64,000 bases of DNA from NCBI GenBank assembly GCA_028534125.1, contig CM052817.1, positions 52,082,001-52,146,000 of the forward strand, written 5' to 3'. Under the pieces are notes generated by a model. That model saw only the letters and a program-made list of their open reading frames with translations. It did no database searches and had not been told where the DNA came from. Made by a program: the position numbers and the translations under genes. The stretch is from Lama glama (taxonomy: Eukaryota). This document shows positions 62,981-64,000 of the stretch, one piece after another (the stretch's first letter is position 1; each line of letters opens with the position of its first letter).

Positions 62981-63349
62981 CATTTTCTATTTTGTGATAG
63001 ATAATATAATATGAATCTACCAAAATATTTGATCACATGTCCTCCTCAGAGCTTGTTTCCTAATCTGCAGTAAATTTTAGAGTAGCTGCTTTATAATATT
63101 TAAAGTGCAGATCTGGTGAATCATACCTGTAGAGTGATTTAAAGCTGAGGGCAGAACAAGGAGTAGATATGGAATTCTCCCTAATGATGAAGTGATATAT
63201 GCAATAAAACTATACATTTGGCATTAAATCTGCTGATATAGATTTTTACTGGCTTTAGGTTTAATCTACTAATTAGAATTAATTCAAAGAGGTGACTCAG
63301 AAATAGTTTGGGGCCTGAAAGCATTGTGGAAGGAAGGAGATTAAGTAAA

Positions 63350-63500
63350 TCTTGCTTGGATTGAAGTACTGCCTCCACTTGTTCTACCTCTGTGACTTTG
63401 AAACAATTATTAGACCTTTCAATTCCATTTCTTCATTTCTAAAAGAACAATAATGATGTTTTCCAAAATTACCTCATGTGTTATTTTGTCCCTAAATTTT
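63350..63500 (+). mobile_element. MIR SINE
   Basis: 'ctgtgactttgaaacaattattagacctttc...ttttcttcatttctaaaa'. Confidence 0.6.
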
Positions 63501-63816
63501 AAATTTTATATAAATGGTTACTCATCAATACAAATCATTGTAATATTCCCTATTAAAACTACCTATTTCTGAGACCATATTGGCCAAAGTTGACTCACTG
63601 ATACCTTTCAGAAAGAAAAGCAATGCACATGCAAACTACCTGATCAATAAAGTTTAAATTTAAGGACACTAAATGTACCTAATAATAATAATAATGATAA
63701 ATTTAGAGATTCATAAAGCTCAATAAATAGCAATCAAGATAAAGAACAAAGAAAGCCAAGCCTGTATACTTAAAGAAATAGTTGAAGCATGATTTTAGGA
63801 ATTATGCATTATGTGT

Positions 63817-63833
63817 ACACACACACACACACA
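63817..63833. repeat. (CA)n microsatellite
   Basis: Visible directly in the sequence. Confidence 0.85.
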
Positions 63834-63916
63834 CTCACAGAATGGGCTGAGTCTCCTACAGAAATTAATTTAAAACTCTAGAAAATGTCCAAACCAAAAA
63901 ACAAACAAAAAACCAA

Positions 63917-63968
63917 CAACATAAAGAATCTATTCAAATGCTCAACATAAAGAATCTATTCAAATGCT
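63917..63968. repeat. Perfect 26-bp tandem duplication
   Basis: caacataaagaatctattcaaatgct at 63917-63942 and 63943-63968. Confidence 0.97.
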
Positions 63969-64000
63969 CTGGAGCATAAACAAAGCCAGGAAGATTTTGA

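Noticed and set aside
63917..63968. Direct repeats as a possible CRISPR-like array
   Set aside because: Only two abutting copies with no spacers, in mammalian DNA with no cas genes.

Overview
AT-rich, CpG-depleted mammalian genomic DNA, most likely camelid (camel/alpaca/llama). This rests on two Vic-1-type tRNA-derived SINEs, matching young L1 3' ends, and no recognisable Alu, Bov-A/BovB, PRE-1 or B1/B2 elements. I recognise no cellular protein-coding gene, functional tRNA/rRNA or CRISPR array. The only listed ORFs with real homology are decayed L1 ORF2 pieces; the rest are antisense-repeat or chance ORFs. The window looks like intergenic DNA or part of a very long intron. It contains ancient repeats (L2, MIR, CR1/L3, MER5, MER33, Zaphod/MER91-type hAT), MaLR LTRs, two ERVL relics, and old and young L1s. 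Repeat-poor unique blocks lie at about 4-5.8, 21-28 and 33-40 kb. I found no convincing new biological system. The best leads are two isolated exon-like segments (35379-35460 minus, 23092-23152 plus), an unclassified solo-LTR-like element (45236-45767) and an internally deleted L1 nested in an ERVL. Repeat names come from my recall of consensus sequences, not from a search, so subfamily names and old-repeat boundaries are approximate.
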